A stretch of DNA of 64,000 nt, taken from assembly GCA_002269645.1 (NCBI GenBank), contig NIVC01000038.1, positions 62,001-126,000 on the forward strand. The letters run 5' to 3'. The notes below the pieces were generated by a model, which was not told where the DNA came from, ran no database searches, and saw only the letters and a program-made list of their open reading frames with translations. Shown in pieces: positions 1 through 11,771 of the stretch (the first letter of the stretch is position 1; every line of letters starts with the position of its first letter). This stretch comes from Macrostomum lignano (taxonomy: Eukaryota). A program made the translations under genes and the position numbers.

Positions 1-954
1 TTTTTGTTTCCTGTCCAATGTCCGCTGTCTGTTATGTTTCTTTCCGTTAACTTCTAGTATGCATTTTTTAATTCCGCAGCCTCCCCTTTTTCCTGGTTTA
101 TACATGTTTTTTGTCCTATTGCTACTTCCCATTAAATATATACGTATTTATGCAACATCCCTTTTTCCAACTGTTTTAATCTGTTTATGTTCGCGCTCAA
201 CATTATTTTAAAGTTTAATTTACATTGACAACTCTTTTCAATTTGTCTTCCCTCATTTAAACATGAGAAGGACTTCTCGCAAAATCTTAGCTACTTCATA
301 CATACACTTCATAACTCGTAGTTGACTAACGGGTCAACTATAACAGCATCAGATAGCATATTATGCGCTTAGTTCAACTGCTTTAAACTGCAATTCACTC
401 GTCTGGAGAATTTACGCCAAATGGCACAGTACGCGCTAGTTTAACTGCTTCTAGCTGCACATTTACTCGTATGGTGCCAAATGGTACATTTATGGCACAG
501 TTGTGCACAATTATAAGCATTCAAAAATAGCTGAGACAACTGGCACAGTTGTGGCACAGCAGTGCACAATTAAAAATTTGATTCTTAATTGTGTCACATG
601 TGCCAATTGGCACAGCTTGGCACAGTTATATTTGTGCCAAGCTGTGCCACCAATTGTCGATTCTCACAAATTTCGTGTCGTTTCGACAGTTATTTTGGGA
701 TTCCCCCCAGTTCATTTTTTATGTGCTATTTGACGCATTTAAAGAACAATTATTTCCGGTCGGGCTAGCTAATTTAGGGTTACTTGCAATTGATTGCTTT
801 TTTAAATGACACAAACTAACGCTTTTACATGTAAGAAGAAGCTTTGATGACAAGTTTGTTTTATATTTCGAGTATACTTCAAATTCATGCACTTTTTAAC
901 CAGCTAATTACTCTTAGTTACCTGGGCACAGAAAGGCATGTTACACCTAAATGA

Positions 955-1897
955 GCTCCTCGAGATGACGAGATCCCAGACACCAATGAGCACCCAGACA
1001 CCACAATGAGCTCCTCGAGACACCAGTATGAGCTCCTCGAGACAGCATAATAAGCTCCAAGACACCATAATGAGCTCCCAGACACCAGAATGAGCTCTAT
1101 GACACCACAATGAGCTCCCAGACACCACAATGAGCTTCCAGACACCACAATGAGCTTCCAGACACCAAAGTGAGCTTCCAGACACCACAATGAGCTCCCA
1201 GACACCGGAGTGAGCTTCCAGACACCACAATGAGCTTTCAGACACCAAAGTGAGCTTCCAGACACCACAATGAGCTTCCAGACATCAAAGTGAGCTTCCA
1301 GACACCAAAATGAGCTCCCAGACACCGGAGTGAGCTTCCAGACACCACAATGAGCTTTCAGACACCACAATGAGCTCCCAGACACCGAAGTGAGTTTGCA
1401 GACACCACAATGAGCTCCCAGACACCGAAGTGAGTTTGCAGACACCACAATGAGCTCCCAGACACCGAAGTGAGTTTGCAGACACCACAATGAGCTCCCA
1501 GACACCGAAGTGAGTTTGCAGACACCACAATGAGCTCCCAGACACCGAAGTGAGTTTGCAGACACCGCAATGAGCTCCCAGACACCACAATAAGCCTTAT
1601 GCCACCAGAAAGAGCTCCCAGACACCACAATAAGCCTTGTGACACCAGAAAGAGCTTCCAGACACCAAAATGAGCTTTATGACACCAGAATGAGCTCCCA
1701 GGCACCACAACAAGCTCGCAGACACCACAATGAGCACCTAAGACACCACAATGAGCACCCAAGACACCACAATGAGCACCCAGACACCACAATGAGCTCC
1801 CAGACACCACAATGAGCTCCCAGACACTGAGACACCACAATGAGCTCCCAGACACCACAATGAGCTCCCAGACACTGAGACACCACAATGAGCTCCC
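955..1897. repeat. 20-bp minisatellite (gacaccacaatgagctccca) with 40- and 120-bp higher-order patterns
   Basis: Direct inspection. Confidence 0.95.
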
Positions 1898-1984
1898 ACA
1901 CTTCAAAATGAGTGTAATTTCCCACCGAGTCAATGCTTTCCACAAACCAAAATCCAGTTGACTGGTTTTAGAACTCCCCGTCTG

Positions 1985-2110
1985 AACCAATGGCATGCAT
2001 CCGAGAGCATATGCACAACTTGAGCCAATAGGAGCTATCGCTGTCACTTTATTGGCTAGCCGGCAGTCATGCAGAATCGTATATTAAAACTGAATCCCGG
2101 TTTATAGCTA
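1985..2110 (+). promoter_or_regulatory. Possible teneurin core promoter
   Basis: CCAAT at 1987 and 2025, ATTGG at 2051, TATA-like tatattaaaa at ~2080, about 150 bp upstream of ATG 2229. Motif presence only. Confidence 0.3.
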
Positions 2111-2228
2111 AGCCAAGGAAAGGAAGCTTAAGGGAAAACTTTAATAACGAAACAAAAACTTTCAACATGAAAAGAATACCCCAATATATTCGGTTTCGTT
2201 GAAGAATCCACGTTTGCATGAGAGCGTC

Positions 2229-2571
2229 ATGGACAACAGTCCCGCTGCAGAGCTAGACGAGTTCCCAGGTCAAATCGGACTCAACTATGAGCAGCAACCG
2301 TTTGTAGTTCAGAACCAACAGCAGCATCAACAGAATCCTAATGCTACCGAGAACTCGTCAGCTGCCAATGCCAAGCGCAAGAAGCGACGGCAACAGCAGC
2401 AGCAACAGAAACAGCAACAGCAACACTGCACCGCCACCAGGGTCAGAGGTCAACCTATTGAACTGTCTGGACCACATATTGGCATATCATCGGGCGCAAT
2501 GACCGTTAATAACAATCACCATGGTGCCAGCGCCCAGCTTCAATATCCTGCATCAGCTGCATTCCAGCCTC
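2229..2571 (+). CDS. TENM: Teneurin exon 1: N-terminal intracellular domain (KRKKRR basic motif, polyQ)
   Basis: ATG at 2229 in ORF 2199-2609; donor c|gtaagt at 2572; phase 1 joins exon at 7699 (c+tg=Leu). Low-complexity sequence, so assignment rests on splicing continuity into the TM/EGF exons. Confidence 0.7.
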
Positions 2572-2597
2572 GTAAGTTGCTTGCTTACAGACTGTGC

Positions 2598-3212
2598 TTA
2601 GACATTTAGCGGCGCCTAATTAGACATTTAGCGGCGCCTAATTAGACATTTAGCGGAGCCTAATTAGACATTTAGCGGCGCCTAATTAGACATTTAGTGG
2701 CGCCTAATTAGACATTTAGCGGAGCCTAATTAGACATTTAGCGGCGCCTAATTAGACATTTAGCGGCGCCTAATCAGACATTTAGCGACGCCTAATTAGA
2801 CATTTAGCGACGCCTAATTAGACATTTAGCGACGCCTAATTAGACATTCAGCGGCGCCTAATTAGACATTTAGCGTAGCCTAATTAGACATTTAGCGGCG
2901 CCTAATTAGACATTTAGCGTAGCCTAATTAGACATTTAGCGTAGCCTAATTAGACATTTAGCGGCGCCTAATTGGATATTTAGTGGCGCCTAATTAGACA
3001 TATACAAGCGCCTAATCAGGCATTTATCAGCGCCTAATCAGACATTTAGCGGTGCCTAGTTATATTTAGAAGCGCCTAATTAGATATTTAGAAGCGCCTA
3101 ATTAGATATTTAGAAGCGCCTAATTAGATATTTAGAAGCGCCTAATTAGATATTTAGAAGCGCCTAATTAGATATTTAGAAGCGCCTAATTAGATATTTC
3201 GGATCGCCTAAT
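2598..3212. repeat. 22-bp minisatellite (tagacatttagcggcgcctaat)
   Basis: Direct inspection; starts ~27 nt after the exon 1 donor. Confidence 0.95.
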
Positions 3213-3816
3213 TTTAAAAAAATTCGGTTTTGCTAATCGGAACTTTGAACTTAATCGATAATTTTGTGCACATTAATTCTCTGAATTATCTTTTTTGACA
3301 AGTGAATTCCTGGAAAAGAAGTTCGGCTGTTGGTCCGCTAGAGTTTTTTCCCAGGTTTTTTTTGCAAACGAAAAAGAATAGCAAAAATAATAGACTTGTC
3401 TGTCTGCTTCCAGGGTCGGTGTGTGTCTGTGTGTGTGTGCTTAAAAAACACCTGTAATACCCTTATACCTATTATTGCAAGTCTGACTGCAACTTATAGC
3501 CGCTGCAATACATGTGTGTATGATGTGGGTCTTTGTTCTCTATACTAAGCTGTGAAGGTCTGCTTTTATTTGTCTGGGTTGGGTTGCTGTGGCTTCCTCT
3601 AAAATACTTACTTCTATTACCGCCTGAAGTGCTTGCATTAGTCACTTATTGTTATATTTATAACTGCTCTCCCGTCCCAGAGACCCATAAGACTTAGAGA
3701 GACTTCCAGACTGTTGGAGTGGCAAAAAATATTTATGAGTCAGTTAATACTTTTTTGTCAGACTGGAGACTCACAGAACTCGGTACAGAACGGGACTATT
3801 ATAACTTTGAATTATA

Positions 3817-4378
3817 GAGTGCCAGTTTTAGGATTGGAGAGTGCCAGTTTTAGGATCGGAGAGTGCCAGTTTTAGGATCGGAGAGTGCCAGTTTTAGAAC
3901 CGGAGAGTGCCAGTTTTAGAACCGAAGAGTGCCAGTTTTAGGATTGGAGAGTGCCAGTTTTAGGATTGGAGAGTGCCACTTTTAGGATTGGAGAGTGCCA
4001 GTTTTAGGATTGGAGAGTGCCAGTTTTAGGATTGGAGAGTGCCAGTTTTAGAACCGGAGAGTGCCACTTTTAGGATTGGAGAGTGCCAGTTTTAGGATTG
4101 GAGAGTGCCAGTTTTAGGATTGGAGAGTGCCAGTTTTAGGATTGGAGAGTGCCAGTTTTAGGATTGGAGACTGAGAGTGCCAGTTTTAGAACCGGAGAGT
4201 GCCAGTTTTAGGATTGGAGAGTGCCAGTTTTAGGATTGGAGAGTGCCAGTTTTAGGATTGGAGACTGAGAGTGCCAGTTTTAGAACCGGAGAGTGCCAGT
4301 TTTAGGATTGGAGAGTGCCAGTTTTAGGATTGGAGAGTGCCAGTTTCAGGATTGGAGAGTGCCAGTTTTAGGATTGGA
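3817..4378. repeat. 22-bp minisatellite (gagagtgccagttttaggattg)
   Basis: Direct inspection. Confidence 0.95.
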
Positions 4379-4910
4379 TTGTCTGTTTTCTTTTAAGTTT
4401 CACAGCTTTTAATTTATAAACCGTAGGTCAACTTCGATCTCTACTAAAATCTTAAAATTCTTGCAAAACAAAGTTACCCGCCCATGTACAAATGCAATAA
4501 ATTTTATTTAGACAGTGAAGCCATTTTGCCAGCAAAAGCCTTTAATATGTGCAGCGCTTGTGCACAAATATATCAGGTGAAAGTTTGTATCAGAACTTTA
4601 CCGCGTAGAAATATGGAGTCTGCAACCTTCATCAGTGCTTCCTTCAGCGTGTGTTTCGCAAGCCAAGAATTTGATGCGCAAAAACCTTGTAGCTGTATGC
4701 AAAGTTTCATGCAGTTTTAAATTTGAATTTTCATGCTGAAAGTGAAATTTTGAAGACAATCAACGCACTTCTGCATGGCGGGTCTTAGCTTAGCATGTCG
4801 TGTAGGGATTTGAGTTCTAAGCGGGTGGGGGGAGGGGTGGCTGCTTCAAAGTACCGCACTTAATCATCCCTGTGCACCTGACTGTATGTAAGTGGTTATG
4901 AAGGGTTTGG

Positions 4911-5295
4911 TCTCCCCTCTCCCTTCTCTTCTCTCTCCTCTCTTCTCTCTCCTCTCTCCTCTCTCCTCTCTCCTCTCTCCTCTCTCCTCTCTCCTCTCTC
5001 CTCTCTCCTCTCTCCTCTCTCCTCTCTCCTCTCTCCTCTCTCCTCTCTCCTCTCTCCTCTCTCCTCTCCCCCCTCTCTCCTCTCTCCTCTCTCCTCTCTC
5101 CTCTCTTCTCTCTCCTCTCTCCTCTCTTCTCTCTCCTCTCTTCTCTCTCCTCTCTCCTCTCTCCTCTCTCCTCTCTCCTCTCTTCTCTCTCCTCTCTCCT
5201 CTCTCCTCTCTTCTCTCTCCTCTCTCCTCTCTCCTCTCTCCTCTCTCCTCTCCCCTCTCCCTTCTCTTCTCTCTCCTCTCTCCTCTTCCCTCCCG
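4911..5295. repeat. (CTCTCCT)n pyrimidine satellite
   Basis: Direct inspection. Confidence 0.95.
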
Positions 5296-5716
5296 TATCT
5301 CTCTTTTCGCTACAGACTGTAATGTGGATTCTGTAAATCCAATAATATCAGAGACAAACTATGCTAGAGAACAAGTGATACAAGACGTCATTGCAGAAGA
5401 CACACGTCAGCTTTTTTGTTGTTTTAACGGGGTCGCATAACTCCAACGTTGTTTGTACAGGCCAAACTATTGCTGTTGAAAATGAGCAAAAAGCATGAAG
5501 TAATAAAAACATGTTCAAGTAGGTATCCAATCCATAGTCTGTCTGTCTGCACCAGTTTCATGGGCTTCTGAAACTAAACTGCTGTTCTATCTTATCCAAG
5601 GACCCCTGGAACTAATAGAATACGGACTTCAATTGATTAAAGTCTGAAATTTATTTCACTATTTCCCATCTCTGACAGTTCATGACATTCCTGAAATTTT
5701 TATGAGGAAAGTAGCT

Positions 5717-6640
5717 GACATTTTCAGTTGGACACTTCGTGACATTTTCAGTTGGACACTTCGTGACATTTTCAGTTGGACACTTCCTGACATTTTCAGT
5801 TGGACACTTCCTGAAATTTTCAGTTGGACACTTCCTGACATTTTCAGTTGGACACTTCCTGACATTTTAAAGTAGACCATTCCTGACACTTTCAGTTGGA
5901 CACTTCCTGACATTTTCAGTTGGACACTTCCTGACATTTTAAAGTAGACCATTCCTGACACTTTCAGTTGGACACTTCCTGACATTTTCAGTTGGACACT
6001 TCCTGACATTTTCAGTTGGACACTTCCTGACATTTTCAGTTGGACACTTCCTGACATTTTCAGTTGGACACTTCCTGACATTTTCAGTTGGACACTTCCT
6101 GACATTTTCAGTTGGACACTTCCTGACATTTTCAGTTGGACACTTCCTGACATTTTCAGTTGGACACTTCCTGACATTTTCAGTTGGACACTTCCTGACA
6201 TTTTCAGTTGGACACTTCCTGACATTTTCAGTTGGACACTTCGTGACATTTTCAGTTGGACACTTCCTGACATTTTCAGTTGGACACTTCGTGACATTTT
6301 CAGTTGGACACTTCGTGACATTTTCAGTTGGACAATTCCTGACATTTTCAGTTGGACACTTCGTGACATTTTCAGTTGGACACTTCCTGACATTTTCAGT
6401 TGGACACTTCCTGACATTTTCAGTCGGACACTTCCTGACATTTTCAGTTGGACACTTCCTGACATTTTCAGTCGGACACTTCCTGACATTTTCAGTTGGA
6501 CACTTCCTGACATTTTCAGTTGGACACTTCCTGACATTTTTAAGTTGGACACTTCCTGACATTTTTAAGTAGACACTTCCTGGAATTTTTTTGTAGACCA
6601 TTCCTGACATTTTCAGTTTGACACTTCCTAAAAAATTTTT
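5717..6640. repeat. 24-bp minisatellite (cctgacattttcagttggacactt)
   Basis: Direct inspection; explains the KMSGSVQL and ENVRKCPT pseudo-ORFs. Confidence 0.95.
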
Positions 6641-7124
6641 CACACATCTGACATCTGATATCGATTCGAAATTTATTTCATTTAACTATTAAGGCCAATA
6701 AAGATATCGTCTTTTTTCATAGCTGACATGCCATCACGAATCAAAACTGCTTTAATGCATGGCTCTGACCCCAGCGTTAGAGCCTCTCTCTCTCTCTTTG
6801 TGTCTAGGGGGTTTGGCCTCTGACGCTAACCCTCCGCGCAGTCAACTTGCAAAAGGAACAGCAACAACTGCCACTTGCGTGCCGGATTGATAAAAAAACA
6901 ATAAATCCCTTAGCGACAAAGAAAAAAATACATTTGACAGGATCGAACGAAGGGCGGCAGCCGTCATTAATCCCTTTATTTAATCGTCATACTAAGCTGA
7001 CTGTCTACTAAAGCTCTTCTTTTTTCGTGACCTTATTGGCGCGTGGATATCAGCTGGGATTTTTTTGACAATTGAGCTGTCAATGGCAGAGTCATATGAC
7101 CATTTGATTGTCTGAGCTGATCTG

Positions 7125-7690
7125 CTCTGATCTGCTTTGATCTACTCAAATCTGCTCAAATTCTACTCAAATCTACTCAAATCTACTTAAATCTTACTCA
7201 AAATCTACTCAAATCTTCTCCGGTCTACTCCAATCTACTCCAATCTACTCAAATCTGCTCCAATCTACTCCAGTCTACTCCAATCTACTCAAATCTACTC
7301 AAATCTACTCCAGTCTACTCAAATCTACTCAAATATACTCAAATCTACTCCAGTCTACTCCAATCTACTCAAATCTGCTCCAATCTACTCTAATCTACTC
7401 AAATCTACTCCAGTCTACTCCAATCTACTCAAATCTACTCAAATCTGCTCCAATCTGCTCCAATCTACTCAAATCTACTCCAGTCTACTCCAATCTACTC
7501 CAATCTGCTCAAATCTGCTCCAACCTATGTAAATCTACTTAAATTTACTCAAATCTGCTCAATATACTTCAATCTATTCAAATCTGCTCAATATACTTCA
7601 ATCTATTCAAATCTGCTCAATATACTTCAATCTACTCAAATCTGCTCAAATCTACTCAAATCCACTCTAATCATACCTATCTACTCCAAC
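7125..7690. repeat. 10-bp satellite ((a/c)aatctactc) abutting the exon 2 acceptor
   Basis: Direct inspection. Confidence 0.95.
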
Positions 7691-7698
7691 GCACACAG

Positions 7699-7965
7699 TG
7701 GCAGCAGACCTGGCCTATCGAAGTCACCAGCGCCAGCTGTACAGCCAGAACCAGCCGCTGCAATCCACGATGCCTCGCAGTGACCGGCAGAAGTTCCAAA
7801 TACCTCCGCCGCCTCTGGGCCCTCCGCCGCCGCCGCCTTCGGACCTGGGCGCCTGCAGAGACTCCTTTGCTAGCGCTGCTGGCAGTGCGGGTGGTGAGAA
7901 CCCGTACTCGGTGGCTTCTATCGAACCAGAGCAGCTCATGCAGCAGCATCAACAGATCCCATCCA
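7699..7965 (+). CDS. TENM: Teneurin exon 2: intracellular domain with polyproline (PPPPLGPPPPPP)
   Basis: Acceptor cacag| at 7698, donor a|gtgagt at 7966, phase 1-1. Polyproline SH3-ligand motifs are typical of teneurin intracellular domains. Confidence 0.8.
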
Positions 7966-8084
7966 GTGAGTCTTCTTTGTTGAAACGAGAATGGAAATGA
8001 AAAAGGAAAAAACGGAAACAACAACAAGAAACTGTTGGGTAGTAGGTATTCGCGGAAATACAGAGGGGTGATAAATATTGAGGG

Positions 8085-8632
8085 ATGGTAGAGAATAGAG
8101 GGAGAGAAGAGAAGTAGAGAGATAGGGAGAGGTGAGAGGGAGAGAAGAGAGGTAGAGAGAGGGAGATAATAGAGGGAGAGAAGAGAGGGAGAGGAGAGAG
8201 GGAAAGAGGAGAGTGAGAGCAAAGAGAGAGAGAAGAGAGTGAGAGAAGAGAGGGAGAGGAGAGAGTGAGAGAAGAGAGGGAGAGAGGAGAGTGAGAGAAA
8301 AGAGGGAGAGGAGAGAGTGAGAGCAAATATGGAGAGAAGAGAGGGAGAGAGGAGAGTGAGAGAAAAGAGGGAGAGGAGAGAGTGAGAGCAAATATGGAGA
8401 GAAAAGAGGGAGAGGAGAGAGTGAGAGAAGAGAGGGAGAGAGGAGAGTGAGAGAAAAGAGGGAGAGGAGAAAGTGAGAGCAAATATGGAGAGAAGAGAGA
8501 GAGAGAGAGAGGAGAGAGTGAGAGCAAAGAGGGAGAGAAGAGAGGGGAAAGAAGCGAGGTAGAGAGAGAGAGGAGAGAAGAGGGGGAGAGCAGAGAGAAG
8601 AGAAGAGGGGGGAGAGCAGAGAGAAGAGAATA
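8085..8632. repeat. GA-rich purine satellite
   Basis: Direct inspection. Confidence 0.9.
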
Positions 8633-9957
8633 GACTCAGAGCAGAGGCAGTTAGTCAGGAAGAGTCCAATACCCAGAAGAAAAAAAACTGTTTAGCAGTC
8701 AGCAATTCGCTGATGCCACTAACTACTGACCCGCAGTCTTCAAAACGGGGGCCCCCTCACGTGGTTCTAATTAATTAATAAATTCGGTGCCACAATAGAG
8801 CAGTCGATAATAATTTTAGGATGAAACCAGTTTATGCACTCAGCTATGCGCACGAGTAAAGTCTCAGACTTGAGCATGGCGATGATATTGACTCGGCACT
8901 ATGGGGGGGGCGACTCTGCATGCTTGAACGAGCTCACCCTGACCAGACTCTAGGCGAGTCTAGATGATTGGGAATGAGATGAGATAAGACTGCATGCGCA
9001 GAGATGATGAAGGCTGCTAAACAGCAACAGTTATGCATACAAGAGCAGCTGATAACGAATGCCAATAAAGTGTTTTTAGTGGTGGTGGTGTGTGCGCATA
9101 GACCGAAAAGAATTGAGTTAACTGGAGTATAGGGTGTGTGTCCATGTTCTCCTATACTCTCTCTCTCTCTCTCTTTCCCTCTCTCTCTCCATGCTAAGCA
9201 GTCCAACTCAAATGTCATGCATTGACTTTTTTGTCTTTTCTGTCTCTCTGTGTGTGTGTGCCTGTCTCTCTGTGTGTGTGTGCCTGTCTCTCCGCTTCTA
9301 TACCAGCCCCCCGCGTCCCACTTGGGTAATTATTCAAGGGTTTCAGGCTTCCCTCCTCTGCCTTAACACCCTTTGCAAACTGTAAAACTAACTTTGGGAA
9401 ACCCCCGGCAAAGGGGTTGGACCGCCTGCCAATGGGATCTATGTATATAGAGTATTGAGTGTGCTCAGATCGACCACTACGAGCTATAGGTCTAGCTCTC
9501 TCTCTCTCTCTCTCGCTAATGCTTTGGAAATGTCAAAATGGAGTGCATTTTCCATGAGTGCAACAGCCATTGGGGGCCAATCACCAAGGCACAGAGACAT
9601 GCACATGCCTGACGATTAGAAAGTCAAAAGAGATATTTTTAGCGATTTTTTAACGCTTTTTAGCGAACTAAAACGACCTAAATTACTTCTTAGAACCATA
9701 TTTCCTGTCCATGGGAAAGTAATTTACACAACATATCGGTAGGTACAATCAAAAATATATTTTTAAAATGGATTTTTTCAATATCTGCCATTTTCAAAAG
9801 CTTGAAAAAATGAAATATTGTCTTATTTTTTGGGTATAAAAAACTTCCATTTATCCTTGGCATAGCAACCCGAAATGCAGCTCAAGTGAATGCTTAACTG
9901 CACTTGAATCTCCTAGCTTGCAATTCTACCTTTAATTCTCTCTTTGTTTATCTGCAG

Positions 9958-9981
9958 TCGATGCCGGCTTCAACCAATCCA
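9958..9981 (+). CDS. TENM: Candidate 24-nt teneurin microexon (IDAGFNQS)
   Basis: Strong acceptor ttctctctttgtttatctgcag|, donor a|gtgagg, phase 1-1, open in the required frame. Confidence 0.5.
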
Positions 9982-10692
9982 GTGAGGTTTTTCTAAGCCA
10001 GATTAAAGTTTTTTTATTCATACAAATATTTCAGAATCAAAATCGCGCATGGCTTCCGTTCTGCAGCATTTCCTTTTTTAAAAAAAAGCAGATCCCGCGC
10101 GTCGACCAGGGGTACGCCGGCAAAACAATGCCAGTGTTTATATTTCCTGACCGAAAGCGGGGGAAAAATGGGAAGCAGAAAAAAGCAACTAAAGATGTCT
10201 CCATCGCTGCTGATGTGGGGCAGAGAGGAGGCTGCGTGTGCAGGACTTGAAAGTACAGATGAAAGATTTCTGTTCGACAGAGATGCAACAAGAGGAGGCT
10301 CCGTGTCTTGCATTCTCCCGCAATGCGGATGAAAAAAAGAAATTTTACAACCAAAAAGATCCAACAGAGAAAATTGTTTTGGCATTAAAATGCCGATAGA
10401 AAAATTCCTGCAGAATTTCCTGCTGTCGCGACAGATTCGACTTTATTTCGCCATTCTGCGGCAATCACGGGAGGTCGGGAACGTTGTTTTATTAGTTCTA
10501 GTAAGGTCAGCGAGGAGCTTAAAAAGGTTGAATCGAAGCAGCGAAATGACGCGGAATTAATTAGCGTTCAAGTTTAGGTAATTGGAAAATTGGACTAGCC
10601 TTGGGATTGACTAGAGGTAGGGAGGTCCTACCTCTGGCTGTCGAGGGGGATATGGTAATGGTAACCTTGGTAACCAAGTCGGCCTACCCTAG

Positions 10693-11232
10693 TAACCAAG
10701 GTGTCATACCATAACAACCAAGGTGTCATACCATAACAACCAAGGTGTCATACCATAACAACCAAGGTGTCATACCATAACAACCAAGGTGTCATACCAT
10801 AACAACCAAGGTGTCATACCATAACAACCAAGGTGTCATACCATAACAACAAAGGTGTCATACCATAAAAACCAAGGTGTCATAACATAACAAACAAGGT
10901 GTCATACCATAACAACCAAGGTGTCATATCCTAACAACCAAAGTGTCATGCCATAGCCACCAAAGGTGTTATTCCTTAGCAACCAAGGTGTTATTCCTTG
11001 GCAACTAAAGTGTCATTCTCTAGCAACCAATGTTTGATACCCTAGCAACTTGTGTTATTCCCTAGCAGTCTAGGTGCCATTGCCTAGCAGCTAGAATGTG
11101 TTATTCCCTAACAACGAAGTTGACATTACCCTAGCAACCAAAGTGCTATGCCCTAGCAACCAAGGTGTCATACCATAGCAACCAATGTATTATGCCCTAG
11201 CAACCAAGGTGCTATCCCCTAGCAACCAAGAT
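10693..11232. repeat. 22-bp minisatellite (aaccaaggtgtcataccataac), degenerating 3'
   Basis: Direct inspection. Confidence 0.95.
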
Positions 11233-11771
11233 TCACTGATAACCATATAGCCTACGAAGTAGCAAAGTTATTTCTTACACAATGCAAGTAAAATATCGAA
11301 GAAAAGAAGGCATGCATAGAGAGAGGTAACTTGAGTTCACAAATTTTCATAGCTTCCGTGTCAAGCTTGCCTAACATTCAGGGAGAGCAGAGATGTCGAG
11401 AAGGATCTCGTGCGTGCCTGCTCAATGAGCCGAAGTCTTTTCCTTTGCTTCGGGTTTCCCAAAGCATATCGGGCTGTGTCCCCCAAGTCTTGCTTGGGCC
11501 AAGAGTTCCCTCTCTCTCTACTGGGCGTTTGCCTTCGGGTTTTGCTTTGCGGTTCGGTGAGTTTGACAGGAGCATGAGATGGGGGGGGGCATCGGGATGC
11601 TTGGGATGAAGGGGTGTTGTGGGGGGGGCGGGTTGGGATAAGGAGATGCAGCGGTGGTCGTTTATTATAGATTGTTTGGCGAGAGGCGAGGTGCGGGGAA
11701 GGCGACGATGGGGTGGATGGTCCAGGAATTGCTTGGTTGGTTCATGCGTGCGGCTGATGCCTCAGTGCTCT

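Noticed and set aside
5680-6643. KMSGSVQL and ENVRKCPT repeat ORFs on the minus strand
   Set aside because: 24-bp tandem repeat translations with no unique coding flanks.
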